Source: Verrucomicrobiota bacterium
GTDB taxonomy: Bacteria; Verrucomicrobiota; Verrucomicrobiia; Limisphaerales; Palsa-1400
DNA: 64,000 nt
Assembly: GCA_049510745.1 (NCBI GenBank)
Contig: JBEKYR010000003.1
Span: 32,001 to 96,000, forward strand
Reading direction: 5' to 3'
Part shown: one piece after another, positions 9,566 to 19,189 of the stretch
Layout: every line of letters begins with the position of its first letter
Numbering within the stretch: the first letter of the stretch is position 1
Made by a program: the position numbers and the translations under genes
Notes under the pieces: model-generated
Told to the model about the DNA's origin: nothing
The model's input: only the letters and a program-made list of their open reading frames with translations
Database searches by the model: none

Positions 9566-10276
9566 ATGAGCGTTCCCGTTTGCTTTTTTGCGGAGACCCA
9601 GTTGCAATTCGTATGGGGCCGGGCCACTATCGAGGCCCGCTTCATCATCTTTTTCCTCATCATCTTCTCCATCTTCGCCTGGTACATGATGGTGTCCAAG
9701 GGGCTGCAGATGCTCCGCGCCAAAAGGCTCAACCAACACTTCGAGTTCGAGTTTCGGCCGCAGAAACATGTCCTGGCCATCTTCGACCGCCGCCTGGAGG
9801 TCTCCGGCTGCCCGATGTTCGCCGTCTATCAGGAGGGGTGCGTGGAGTTGGACGCGCGCCTCAGACAGGACAACGGCGAGGTCCGCCGCAACTGGGTCTC
9901 GCTCAAGAGCATGGAACATATCAAGCGCACCCTGGAAGGGGCCGTGGCCCGCGAGTGCCTCAAATTGGAATCGGGCCTGATCCTTCTGGCCATCGCCGTC
10001 AGTGGCGCTCCTTTTCTGGGCCTGCTCGGCACGGTCTGGGGCGTGATGGACACCTTTGCGCAAGTCGGCCAGATGGGGCGGGCGGACTTGCCCACCATGG
10101 CGCCGGGCGTGTCGGCCGCCTTGATCACGACCGTCGCCGGTTTGTTGGTGGCCATTCCGTCGATGTTCGGCTACAACTGGCTGGTGCATACCTTGCGCGT
10201 GCGAACGGTGGAGTTGGACAATTTTGCGCAGGATTTGGTGTCGAAGATGGAAACGGAGTATTTGAAGGAAGAATGA
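9566..10276 (+). CDS. tolQ: TolQ/ExbB/MotA proton channel protein
   Basis: APFLGLLGTVWGVM, MAPGVSAALITTVAGLLVAIPS. First gene of a tol-pal cluster; start at ATG 9566 or GTG 9560. Confidence 0.85.
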   Translation: MSVPVCFFAETQLQFVWGRATIEARFIIFFLIIFSIFAWYMMVSKGLQMLRAKRLNQHFEFEFRPQKHVLAIFDRRLEVSGCPMFAVYQEGCVELDARLRQDNGEVRRNWVSLKSMEHIKRTLEGAVARECLKLESGLILLAIAVSGAPFLGLLGTVWGVMDTFAQVGQMGRADLPTMAPGVSAALITTVAGLLVAIPSMFGYNWLVHTLRVRTVELDNFAQDLVSKMETEYLKEE

Positions 10277-10698
10277 GGCGCTTTTCCCAACGCAATTCGC
10301 TGGTGACGCTCAACGAGATCAACATCACGCCGCTGCTGGACCTGGCGTTTGTGCTCTTGATCATCTTCATCATCACCCGGCCCTTGCTGGAGGGAAGCGT
10401 CGATATGCAATTGCCGCAAAACATGGGCAAGCCCGACACGCGCAACATCGACCGCCACAATATCCGGGTGGTGGAAATCAGCCCGCGCGGCGAATACTGG
10501 CTGCAAGGCCGGCGCCTCTCGCTGGCGCAGTTGGAGGGGGAACTGGCGCGCACCCACCGCGAAAACCCAAGGCTCATCGTCGATATCCGCGCCGACAAAC
10601 GCACCCAATGGGACTATGTCATCGCCGTGATTGACTCCTGTTTGCGCAACAGCATCACCCAGTTTTCGGCGCGCACCGCGCCCACCCAGCACCCATGA
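10273..10698 (+). CDS. tolR: TolR/ExbD biopolymer transport protein
   Basis: MRRFSQRNSLVTLNEINITPLLDLAFVLLIIFII and IRADK. ATGA overlap with the tolQ stop; the upstream extension in the ORF track is spurious. Confidence 0.85.
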   Translation: MRRFSQRNSLVTLNEINITPLLDLAFVLLIIFIITRPLLEGSVDMQLPQNMGKPDTRNIDRHNIRVVEISPRGEYWLQGRRLSLAQLEGELARTHRENPRLIVDIRADKRTQWDYVIAVIDSCLRNSITQFSARTAPTQHP

Positions 10699-11564
10699 CG
10701 CGCCTGCAAAAAAAGTGTTTCGTCTTTTCCGTCGGCCTCCACGGCCTGCTGGCGGCGATTATCATTTTCAGCGCCGGCTTCCGCACCCGGCCCGCGGAGA
10801 CCGGCCTGGAGGTTCTTTCCATCATCCCGGCCAACATCCTGGACCGCGCCGGTGCCCGCGGCGGCACACCGGCGGCCGTTCCGCCCCGGCCGCAGGAGCC
10901 AATCATGCGGACTGAAGTCGTCGGCCGCGTCGAACATGCCAAGCCCAAGGAAGAAGAGCAGGAGGTCCGCCCCCTGCCAGCGCCGAAGCGCATTGAAACC
11001 CCGGTTGCGCAACGTGAAACCCCGGTCGCAAAGCCCTCCGCCAAGCCCACCCCGCGGCACGAAATCCACCCCTCCTACACCCCCGCCACAGGCGTGACGA
11101 ACAACAAAAAAACGACCGAGACCACCGAAGCGGCCCAATCCGCCTCCGCGGCTGAAGCCAAGCGGCTCAGACAGGTGGAGCAGTCTCTTTCCCAGTTATC
11201 GTCCGTCGTGCAAAGCAGCGCCGCGGAGAAAACGACCGTCGATGTTCCGGGAATTGGCGGCGGAGGGGAGGTTTTTGCCGGTTACAACGAAGTCGTCAAG
11301 AGCATCTATTACCGCGCCTGGATCACCCAGGACAGCGTGGCGGACCGGGTGGCCGCCCCGGTGGCCCGCATCGTCGTGGCCCGCGATGGCACGATCGTTT
11401 CGGCGGAATTGGTCACCCCTTCGGGCGACGATTCGCTGGACAAATCCGTGGACCGGGCGTTGCGGAGGGTGACCAAGTTGCCGCCTTTCCCCGCCGGCGC
11501 GCATGACGAGGAACGGACTTTTCGGATACGATTCAGTTTGGACGTCAAGAAAGCATCGGGATGA
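10695..11564 (+). CDS. tolA: TolA/TonB-family energy transducer
   Basis: N-terminal TM with SVGLH motif, Pro/Lys/Glu-rich linker, TonB_C-like domain (IVVARDGTI...PSGDDSLDKSV). Lies between tolR and tolB. Confidence 0.75.
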   Translation: MTRLQKKCFVFSVGLHGLLAAIIIFSAGFRTRPAETGLEVLSIIPANILDRAGARGGTPAAVPPRPQEPIMRTEVVGRVEHAKPKEEEQEVRPLPAPKRIETPVAQRETPVAKPSAKPTPRHEIHPSYTPATGVTNNKKTTETTEAAQSASAAEAKRLRQVEQSLSQLSSVVQSSAAEKTTVDVPGIGGGGEVFAGYNEVVKSIYYRAWITQDSVADRVAAPVARIVVARDGTIVSAELVTPSGDDSLDKSVDRALRRVTKLPPFPAGAHDEERTFRIRFSLDVKKASG

Positions 11565-12718
11565 GCACGAAATTCAAAGGAATTATCACCATAATAACGA
11601 CGGCCCTCTGCGCGATGAGCGCGCTGGCGGACGAAGTTCTTGATATTCACAAGGAGGCGGCCCGATTGATCCGCGTTTCGGTCAGCGGGTTCAGCGGGGA
11701 AGCCGATTCCGTCTTGAAATTCGACCTTTCCGTCCTGGGCATGGAGATCACGCCGCCCGAGAACGCGGAATATCTGGTCAGCGGCCGCGAAAATGGCCGG
11801 ATCGAGGGCAGCCTGAGCGCGGCCGGCAACAGCCGCCCCTTGTGGACGCGGGCCTACGCCGGCGGCGCGCCCCGCTCGCAAGCCCACGCCTTCGCCGACG
11901 ACATCGTGAAGGAGATACGGCAAACGCTGCCGATCTTCCAGGGCCGGATCGCTTTTCGCCTACAGTCGGGGAGCGCGACGGAGATTTGCGTGTCCGATTT
12001 CGACGGGTTTAATCCCGTGGTGCTGACCCATGACGGCGCGCTGGTCAACGGCCCCTCCTGGGCGCCAGGCGGACACGTATTGTTTTACACCTCCTGGAAG
12101 AACGGCGGCACGGAAATCCTGGAACACAACCTCGCCGCCGGCTCGCGCCGCGTTTTCGCCGGCTTTCCGGGGGCGGACCTCAGCCCCGAAGTTTCGCCCG
12201 ACGGCCAAAAAGTGGCGATGATTTTGAGCAAAGGGGGCAGCCCCAACTTGTATGTGTGCGACAGGGACGGCGGCAACCTCAGACAGTTGACGCGCACCCG
12301 CGACGAGGATTCCTCCCCAACCTGGTCGCCGGACAGCCGGAAGATTTGCTTTGTCTGCCGGAGCGGACGGGCGGGGTTGCAGACGATCAGCGTCGAGGGC
12401 GGGCTGGCGCAGCCCCTCCGGGCGGCGGGCGTTTACAACAACCTCACCTCGCCGGACTGGTCGCCCGACGGCCAGAAGATCGCCTTCACCAGCGGCAGCG
12501 TCAGTTTCACCATTTGCGTGATGCCCGCCGAGGGGGGCGAAGCGCAGAAATTAGTTGCGGGAGAAGACCCGTGCTGGGCGCCCAATTCCCGCACGATCCT
12601 CTTCACCCGCCGGGCAAATAACAAACGAATCCTATGTTTGCTTGACGTACCCACCAAACACGTCAAGGATGTCAGGCAACTTTCGGGAAGCTGTTCGGAG
12701 CCTTCGTGGGCAAGGTGA
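11561..12718 (+). CDS. tolB: TolB periplasmic beta-propeller protein
   Basis: Signal peptide; AHAFADDIV; repeated PxWSPDG (PD40) motifs. Confidence 0.88.
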   Translation: MSTKFKGIITIITTALCAMSALADEVLDIHKEAARLIRVSVSGFSGEADSVLKFDLSVLGMEITPPENAEYLVSGRENGRIEGSLSAAGNSRPLWTRAYAGGAPRSQAHAFADDIVKEIRQTLPIFQGRIAFRLQSGSATEICVSDFDGFNPVVLTHDGALVNGPSWAPGGHVLFYTSWKNGGTEILEHNLAAGSRRVFAGFPGADLSPEVSPDGQKVAMILSKGGSPNLYVCDRDGGNLRQLTRTRDEDSSPTWSPDSRKICFVCRSGRAGLQTISVEGGLAQPLRAAGVYNNLTSPDWSPDGQKIAFTSGSVSFTICVMPAEGGEAQKLVAGEDPCWAPNSRTILFTRRANNKRILCLLDVPTKHVKDVRQLSGSCSEPSWAR

Positions 12719-12750
12719 ACAACGGCTTTCCTGTCAACGAATTGAGAAAG

Positions 12751-13353
12751 ATGAAAAAACAAAATTTAGTCGCAACGTTCGTTCTAAGCATCGGTTTGCT
12801 GGCCAGTGTCACCGGTTGTCAGCACAAACCCGTCAACACGACCCAGATTCCCGAGGTCCGCAACAAGCCGGCCGTCAACACGCCTCCCTCCGAAGATCAT
12901 ACCGGGACGCTCCCCAACCCCAATCCCGTGGAAGTCTCGCCCCTGGCGGAGAATTACGGCCCCTACACCAATCTCTTTGATAACCCGCACAACGAAGACC
13001 GGGAGAAATTCAAAGCCGACACCATCTATTTCGAATTTGACAGCGCGACCATCAAGGCGTCGGAAGAGGCCAAACTCCAGGATCTGGCCGCGTATTTCAA
13101 AGGCAACGAGAAGCGCGAGGCGCTGGTTGTGGAAGGCAACTGCGACGAGCGCGGCACGGAGAAATACAACCTTTCCCTTGGGGAACGCCGCGCCCTGGCC
13201 GCGCGCGAATACCTCGGCAACCTGGGGGTCGATGTCCACCGCATCAAGACCGTCACGTTCGGCGCCGCCATGCCCGTTGAAGCCGGCCACAACGAGGCCG
13301 CCTGGAAGAAAAACCGCCGCGACGATTTCGTACTGATAACGCCCAAACAATAA
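12751..13353 (+). CDS. pal: peptidoglycan-associated lipoprotein Pal (OmpA family)
   Basis: Lipobox VTGC; IYFEFDS, EGNCDERGTEKYNLSLGERRA, AWKKNRRDDF. Confidence 0.92.
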   Translation: MKKQNLVATFVLSIGLLASVTGCQHKPVNTTQIPEVRNKPAVNTPPSEDHTGTLPNPNPVEVSPLAENYGPYTNLFDNPHNEDREKFKADTIYFEFDSATIKASEEAKLQDLAAYFKGNEKREALVVEGNCDERGTEKYNLSLGERRALAAREYLGNLGVDVHRIKTVTFGAAMPVEAGHNEAAWKKNRRDDFVLITPKQ

Positions 13354-13437
13354 GTTTGGGCGGCAAGGCGCCGGCCGCGCCGGCCGCGGAAATGGGCTTG
13401 CATTGCGCGCCCGCAGAGACGAAAACTTTCCGTGGAA

Positions 13438-14214
13438 ATGGAAACACCGTTGGACTTCCGCTTTGAACTCCCGCGGCCGCCCGGCGGACCGCTGCTGGAG
13501 GTTTCATCGCTGGAAATGGAGAAGTTCCTGCTCAAACGGCTCGACGAGGCCGAGACGGACCCGACCCAGGCCCTCTGGCAATTGGCCCAGTTTTACAAGC
13601 AAACCCGCCAGCCGGACAAGGCGCTGGCGCGCCTCCAGCAGTTGATCGAGTGGCTGCCCGCGCCCGAAGAGCGGGCCAGGTGCTTCCTGAGCATGGGCCA
13701 GGCCATGGAACTGGCGCGCGATTTCCCGGCCGCCGCCGGCTATTACACCAGAGCTTTGGCGCTGGAGCCGATGCACACCTCGACCTGGTATTTTATCAAT
13801 AACAACCTCGGCTTCTGCCTCATTGCGCTGGACCGCTTTGCCGAGGCGGAGAATTACTGCCGCAAGGCGATCGAAACCGATCCCAACCGCCCCAACGCCT
13901 ACAAAAACCTCGGCGCCGCCCTCTCCGGCCAGGGCCAATACCGCGACGCCGCGCAATGTTTTATCGCCGCCACCCAGCTCAACGCCGCCGATGACCGCGC
14001 GTATCTTCTCCTGCGCGAGTTGTTGCGGGAACATCCCGAACTGGAATTCGAGTTCGAAACCGCCGCCGCCTGCTGCCAAAAAGCCGTCGAGGCCGCCGCC
14101 CGCAAGATCGAGCAGATGAAGCCGGCTGTGCTGCGGGGCTGGAGAAAACACCTCATCCTCTTTCGCGCAAGAGTCCGGGCGCTGATTCGGCGTTTATGGA
14201 CCGGCTCCCTGTAA
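13438..14214 (+). CDS. tetratricopeptide repeat protein
   Basis: TPR motifs (NNLGFCLIALDRFAEAENYCRKAIETDPNRPNAYKNLGAALSGQG); no evident signal peptide. Confidence 0.8.
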   Translation: METPLDFRFELPRPPGGPLLEVSSLEMEKFLLKRLDEAETDPTQALWQLAQFYKQTRQPDKALARLQQLIEWLPAPEERARCFLSMGQAMELARDFPAAAGYYTRALALEPMHTSTWYFINNNLGFCLIALDRFAEAENYCRKAIETDPNRPNAYKNLGAALSGQGQYRDAAQCFIAATQLNAADDRAYLLLRELLREHPELEFEFETAAACCQKAVEAAARKIEQMKPAVLRGWRKHLILFRARVRALIRRLWTGSL

Positions 14215-15620
14215 GGCCGCCGCCGGCGCCGGCCTGGCCCGCTTTCCTCCGTCAAATCGAATCGGCCATTCTGGCCCGCAACCTTCTGCGCCACGGCCGG
14301 AAAATCCTTGTCGCCGTTTCCGGCGGATTGGATTCGATGTTGCTCCTTCATGGCTTGCGCGACCTGGCCCAAACTCATCGCTGGCAATTGACCGTCGCCC
14401 ATTTCAACCACCAATTGCGCGGAGCCGCCGGCAAGGCCGATGAACGCCTGGTGCGCCAAACCGCCCGCGCCCTTAAACTGCCCGTCGTCGTCGGCCGCGG
14501 CAATGTCCGCCAAGCCGCCCGCCGGGCCGGCATTTCCCTCGAAATGGCCGGACGCGCCTTGCGGCATGAGTTTCTGGCGCGCGCCGCCCGCCGCCGGCGC
14601 ATTCCGGTCGTGGCCCTGGCCCATCACGCCGATGACCAGGTGGAATTGTTTTTTTTGCGGCTCCTGCGCGGAACCGGCGCCCAGGGACTGGCCGGCATGA
14701 AATGGAGCAACCCCTCCCCGAGCGATCCTACGATTCTTCTGGTCCGCCCGCTCCTCAACCAATCCAAGGCCGCCCTGGCCGGGGCCGCGCGGGCCGCCGG
14801 CGTCCCCTTCTCCGAAGACGCGACCAATTCCTCCCTCGAAATCGAGCGCAACCGGGTCCGGCATGAATTGATTCCGCTGTTGCGCAAAAAATATCAGTCC
14901 GCCCTGACGGAAACGGTGCCGCGCCTGATGGAACTGGCGGGCGCCGAGGCGGAGGTCGTGACGGCCGCGGCGGAGACTTGGTGGCGCGCCCGCCGGCGGG
15001 TTGAGTTTGGACGCCTGGCGATCGCCGTGCAGCGCCGGGTCATCCAACTGCAATTATTTCAACTGGGTCACGCGCCTGATTTTGACCTCGTGGAACGGTT
15101 GCGCGCCGCGCCCGGCGAGCCGTTTGCCGTCAATCCCGGGCAAACGATTTCCCGCGACGCCCGCGGTTTGCTTCACTTGCGGAAAATCCAGGCCCCGAAG
15201 TTCGATCCTGCCCGGCGGCGGGTGCTTTTGCGGGGCGGCAAAGGGCGGGCGAGCTTCGATGGTTTGACCCTCTGCTGGAACATCGACCGGGCCGCCGGGG
15301 CGAGTTTCAGCCGGGAGCCAAACGTGGAATACTTTGATGCCGACAAGGTTGGCAGGACGATTTGGCTGCGGCATTGGCAGCCCGGCGACCGTTTCCAGCC
15401 GATTGGGTGCGAATCAGCCCGGAAACTCCAGAATCTGTTCGTCAACATGAAAGTCCCTCGCGCCCAGCGGCGGCGCCGGATCGTGGCGGCGGCCAGCCGC
15501 GGCGAAATCTTCTGGGTCGAGGGCCTGCGCATGGCGGAGCGCTTCAAGCTGGAGCCAGCCACCCTCCGCCGCCTGAAGTGGCAATGGCGGCGCGAATCTC
15601 CCTCGCCGCCATCAGATTGA
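14196..15620 (+). CDS. tilS: tRNA(Ile)-lysidine synthetase
   Basis: VAVSGGLDSM PP-loop, AHFNHQLRG, AHHADDQVE, VRPLL, RNRVRH, C-terminal RHWQPGDRF. Start position uncertain. Confidence 0.93.
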   Translation: MDRLPVRPPPAPAWPAFLRQIESAILARNLLRHGRKILVAVSGGLDSMLLLHGLRDLAQTHRWQLTVAHFNHQLRGAAGKADERLVRQTARALKLPVVVGRGNVRQAARRAGISLEMAGRALRHEFLARAARRRRIPVVALAHHADDQVELFFLRLLRGTGAQGLAGMKWSNPSPSDPTILLVRPLLNQSKAALAGAARAAGVPFSEDATNSSLEIERNRVRHELIPLLRKKYQSALTETVPRLMELAGAEAEVVTAAAETWWRARRRVEFGRLAIAVQRRVIQLQLFQLGHAPDFDLVERLRAAPGEPFAVNPGQTISRDARGLLHLRKIQAPKFDPARRRVLLRGGKGRASFDGLTLCWNIDRAAGASFSREPNVEYFDADKVGRTIWLRHWQPGDRFQPIGCESARKLQNLFVNMKVPRAQRRRRIVAAASRGEIFWVEGLRMAERFKLEPATLRRLKWQWRRESPSPPSD

Positions 15621-15625
15621 TTCAC

Positions 15626-15751
15626 TCACTCGCTGACCCGGTTCAACGGGCGCGCGGAATCAAAGGTCTCCAAGGCGCATCGAAGCAGGACAAAGTTATG
15701 TGGCATGAGTTTCAAGGAAATCTTTCAACGCCCGGCGCGGAGAGCGAACAA
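15626..15751 (+). pseudogene. internal fragment of an HNH restriction-endonuclease-like gene
   Basis: Translates as SLADPVQRARGIKGLQGASKQDKVMWHEFQGNLSTPGAESEQ. This resembles the 'ASLDP...RGIKGL..ASK.D..IW.EF' N-terminal segment of a widespread HNH endonuclease family. No own start and no HNH core. Confidence 0.6.
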
Positions 15752-15753
15752 TT

Positions 15754-16040
15754 TTTTTCTTCGCTATCACCGCGAAGAAATCTGCTGGAGTTGAAGCCCA
15801 GCGCCATCGGCGCGACATCTTTGTAGAAAACCAATCTCAAAAGAAAACCCAGCCCCGTCGGGGCGGCATATTCCGGAAATCACTCCTGACCAGAGACAAT
15901 GCCGGACATGATTTTTCTTCGCTATCACCGCGAAGAAATCTCCCGGAGTTGAAGCCCAGCGCCATCGGCGCGACATCTTTGTAGAAAACCAATCTCAAAA
16001 GAAAACCCAGCCCCGTCGGGGCGGCATATTCCGGAAATCA
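15754..16040. repeat. 129-bp direct duplication carrying REP hairpins
   Basis: 15754-15882 and 15912-16040 differ at two positions (tctgctgg vs tctcccgg). Confidence 0.92.
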
Positions 16041-16583
16041 TTCCTTGTTGGTTTTGAAAATGTATTGTGGGTCGTATTCCACGCCGAATTTCTCCAGCAG
16101 CGCAACGTATTCCTCGCGGAATGATTTCCTGGCATGATGTTTTTGCTGGTTCTCAATGTAACGGATAACCGTGCCCAGTTGTGAGCGCGAATAGGAAAAC
16201 GCACCGAACCCTTCCTGCCACGAAAATCTTCCCATCATCCAACGCTTCTCGTTGATGAATTTTGAAGAACCCGCTTTCACATCGCGCACCAAATCTGAAA
16301 GCGCCATGTCCGGCTTCATGCCGACGACCAAGTGCAAGTGATCCGGCATATTGTTGATGGCAATCAATTTTTGTTTCTGACCAGAGACAATGCCGGTGAT
16401 GTATTTTTGAAGTTCGTCGTTGTGTTCTGGTTTGATGAGGTTTTGCCGACCTTCGACGGCGAACACGACATGGAGATAGATTTGCGTGTAGGTATTGGCC
16501 ATAAGCCGAAGATGCCGCTCCTGACGGAGCTTGAAAATCCTTTTCTTGTTTTGGTTCTACAAAGATGTCGCGCCAATGGCGCT
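15958..16583. mobile_element. IS200/RAYT-type element: tnpA flanked by inverted REP doublets
   Basis: Left side: AGCGCCATCGGCGCGACATCTTTGTAGAA...AGCCCCGTCGGGGCGGCATA (15958-16028). Right side reverse complement: AGCGCCATTGGCGCGACATCTTTGTAGAA...AGCTCCGTCAGGAGCGGCATC (16583-16511). Confidence 0.8.
16038..16502 (-). CDS. tnpA: IS200/IS605-family Y1 (HUH) transposase, RAYT-like
   Basis: YLHVVFAV, MPDHLHL (HUH), FSWQEGFGAFSYS, YIENQQKHH (catalytic Tyr). Lower GC than flanks. Confidence 0.93.
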   Translation of the reverse strand: MANTYTQIYLHVVFAVEGRQNLIKPEHNDELQKYITGIVSGQKQKLIAINNMPDHLHLVVGMKPDMALSDLVRDVKAGSSKFINEKRWMMGRFSWQEGFGAFSYSRSQLGTVIRYIENQQKHHARKSFREEYVALLEKFGVEYDPQYIFKTNKE

Positions 16584-16596
16584 GCCAGCGACAAGC

Positions 16597-16755
16597 TCAA
16601 TTCCACAGGTGATCGGTGAGTGTGTATTTGTCCGGCACATCGGGGTCGAGGATGCTGGCAAGTTTCGGCCCTTCGGCGGGAAATTCCGGGAACGCGAACG
16701 CGCGCCCCGGCTTGAATCCGACAAGGAAGATGCGTTGACGGTGGTGCGGCACGAC
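16597..16755 (-). pseudogene. internal fragment of a DNA (cytosine-5) methyltransferase, Dcm/EcoRII-like
   Basis: VVPHHRQRIFLVGFKPGRAFAFPEFPAEGPKLASILDPDVPDKYTLTDHLWN*, matching motif VIII (PQxRxRxxxxG) and the 'KY.LT..LW' segment of Dcm-type enzymes. Confidence 0.75.
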
Positions 16756-16890
16756 AGAAATCTGAAATCTGAGATCGCCTCCCGCGCCGGCCCCGCCAAA
16801 AACCGGGACATGCCCCGCCGGAGCCGCCAAAATGTTGGGGGTTGCGGGCCGGGCCGCTTCGTATTATAGTGCGGCACAATTATTTGACGA

Positions 16891-18942
16891 ATGCCCGAGC
16901 CAAACAGAGCCAACGAACCGGATAAAAACGACAAACGCAATAACGAACTGCGCCTGCCCCCGCGCACCATCCTGCTTTGGATCGGCATCGTCGCCGTCGT
17001 CAGCGTCCTGGCCCTGGTCCGCAACGGCTCGGAAACGCCCGTCGAGGATATGGGGTCGTTCGCGGACTTGACGGGCAAGCTGACCAACAACCTGATCGTG
17101 CCCGGCAGCGGCCGCATCGTTTACGGCCTGCAATCGCCCGACATCAAGCGCATCACCGGCCGCTATTACAAAACCGACGATCACGGCAAAATCCTGGGCG
17201 CCGAGGGCAAAAAAGTCGAGGTCCCCTTCAAGCTCGAAACCCCGCTGACGGAGAAAAAGACCGACCTGCTGATCGACACGGGGGAATTCAAGGCCGTCAA
17301 TAACAGCAACCTGATGTTGAGCGTGTTCTTGAACACGTTCCTGCCCTTTCTCCTCATCCTGGGCGCCGTTTACTTTTTCATTTTCCGCCAAATCAAAATG
17401 GCGGGCAAAGGGGCGATGAGTTTTGGCAAAAGCCGCGCCCGCATGTTGAACAAGGAGAAAAACAAGATCACCTTCAAGGACGTCGCCGGCGTCGAGGAGG
17501 CCAAGGAGGAGGTTTCCGAGCTGGTCGAGTTCCTCAAAGACCCCAAGAAATTCCAAAAGCTGGGCGGCCGCATCCCCAAGGGCATCCTGATGGTCGGCGC
17601 GCCGGGCACCGGCAAGACCCTCCTGGCCAAGGCCATTGCCGGCGAGGCCGACGCCTCCTTCTTCAGCATCAGCGGCTCGGATTTTGTCGAGATGTTTGTC
17701 GGCGTCGGCGCCAGCCGCGTGCGCGACATGTTCGAACAGGCGCGCAAAAACGTCCCCTGTTTGATTTTCATCGACGAAATTGACGCCGTCGGGCGCAGCC
17801 GCGGCCACGGCTGGGGCGGCGGCAACGACGAACGCGAACAAACCTTGAACGCCCTGCTCGTGGAAATGGACGGCTTCGACACCCAGGACGGCATCATCAT
17901 CATCGCCGCCACCAACCGGCCCGATGTGCTCGACCCGGCGTTGCTGCGGCCGGGGCGTTTCGACCGGCAAATCATGGTCAGCCTGCCGGACGTGCGCGGG
18001 CGCGAAGCCATTCTGAAGGTCCACGCCCGCAACGTGAAGCTCGACCCGTCGGTCAACCTGGGCGTGATTGCCCGCGGCACACCCGGTTATTCCGGCGCCG
18101 ATCTGGCCAACCTCTTGAACGAAGCCGCCTTGCTGGCCGCGCGCCTGAGCAAAAAATCCATCGGCATGGCCGAGTTGGAGGAGGCCCGCATCAAAGTCCG
18201 CATGGGCCGCGAGCGCCGCAGCATGGCCATGTCCGAAGAAAACAAGAAATGCACCGCATGGCATGAAGCCGGCCACGCCCTGGTCAACGTCTGTCTCGAA
18301 CACACCCATCCCCTGCACAAAGTCACCATCATCCCCCGCGGCCAGACCCTCGGCTCGACCATGTCCCTGCCCCTGGAGGACGTCCTCAATCATCGCCGCA
18401 AAGAAATGCTCGACCTCATCGCCGTCATGATGGCGGGCCGCATCGCCGAAGAAATCATTTCCGGCGATATTTCCAGCGGCGCGGCGGGCGACATCCAGCA
18501 GGCCACCTCCATCGCCCGGGCCATGGTCTGCCAGTGGGGCATGAGCGACATCCTCGGCATGGTGCAATACGGCAACGACCAGGACCAGCTCTTCCTGGGC
18601 CGCGACATGGTGCAACGCAAGGATTACAGCGAATTCACCGCCCAGGAGATCGACACCGAGGTCAAGCGCATCATCAACGAAGCCTACGACCGCTCCAAGG
18701 CCCTCATCGACACCCATCGCGACAAATTGGAAATCATCGCCAACGCCTTGCTCGAATACGAAACGCTCGACGGCGTGCAAGTCAGTGAAATCGTCAAGAC
18801 CGGCGCTTTCACCCCGCCGCCGCCCGCCCCGAAAGTCGAGCCTCCCTCCGGCGCGGTCGCGGCCACGCCGCTGCCCGAAGTGCCCAAACCCCTTCCGCCA
18901 AAACTGCCCGGCTTCGGCTCGCCGTCGCCGGCGCCTGTTTAA
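16891..18942 (+). CDS. ftsH: ATP-dependent zinc metalloprotease FtsH
   Basis: Two TM segments, [13 protein letters not shown], Walker [22 protein letters not shown] region, HEAGH zinc motif. Confidence 0.98.
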   Translation: MPEPNRANEPDKNDKRNNELRLPPRTILLWIGIVAVVSVLALVRNGSETPVEDMGSFADLTGKLTNNLIVPGSGRIVYGLQSPDIKRITGRYYKTDDHGKILGAEGKKVEVPFKLETPLTEKKTDLLIDTGEFKAVNNSNLMLSVFLNTFLPFLLILGAVYFFIFRQIKMAGKGAMSFGKSRARMLNKEKNKITFKDVAGVEEAKEEVSELVEFLKDPKKFQKLGGRIPKGILMVGAPGTGKTLLAKAIAGEADASFFSISGSDFVEMFVGVGASRVRDMFEQARKNVPCLIFIDEIDAVGRSRGHGWGGGNDEREQTLNALLVEMDGFDTQDGIIIIAATNRPDVLDPALLRPGRFDRQIMVSLPDVRGREAILKVHARNVKLDPSVNLGVIARGTPGYSGADLANLLNEAALLAARLSKKSIGMAELEEARIKVRMGRERRSMAMSEENKKCTAWHEAGHALVNVCLEHTHPLHKVTIIPRGQTLGSTMSLPLEDVLNHRRKEMLDLIAVMMAGRIAEEIISGDISSGAAGDIQQATSIARAMVCQWGMSDILGMVQYGNDQDQLFLGRDMVQRKDYSEFTAQEIDTEVKRIINEAYDRSKALIDTHRDKLEIIANALLEYETLDGVQVSEIVKTGAFTPPPPAPKVEPPSGAVAATPLPEVPKPLPPKLPGFGSPSPAPV

Positions 18943-19000
18943 ATTTTTGCACGATAAATGATCGCTTGAATTCAATGCCGCCCGGGCATATTCTTTCCGG

Positions 19001-19189
19001 GTGAGTTTGGCTGAATTAAAGGACACTGTAATCGCGCTGCCGGAAAGGGAGCGCCACGATTTTGTGGTGTGGGTTAATCGCTTGGAACAGAATTACGGCG
19101 ATGTGTCGGCCGAAGCGCTGGCCCAACTGGCCGCCGAAATTTGGGACGAAGACGACCGCCATGCCCCTCCCGTCCATCCAGCGCGGTGA
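19001..19189 (+). CDS. putative antitoxin (small acidic protein overlapping the toxin gene)
   Basis: 62 aa, GTG start 6 nt after TTGAAT-17-TATTCT; overlaps the start of the PemK/MazF gene. Confidence 0.6.
   Translation: MSLAELKDTVIALPERERHDFVVWVNRLEQNYGDVSAEALAQLAAEIWDEDDRHAPPVHPAR

Noticed and set aside
15754..16040. Mini-CRISPR interpretation of the repeat-spacer-repeat
   Set aside because: Repeats are 129 bp, there are only two copies, and no cas genes are present; better explained as a transposon-end duplication.
769..19026. Long antisense or alternate-frame ORFs (for example 769-2652, 6566-9349, 16864-19026)
   Set aside because: They are shadows of well-supported high-GC genes on the other strand and carry no family motifs.
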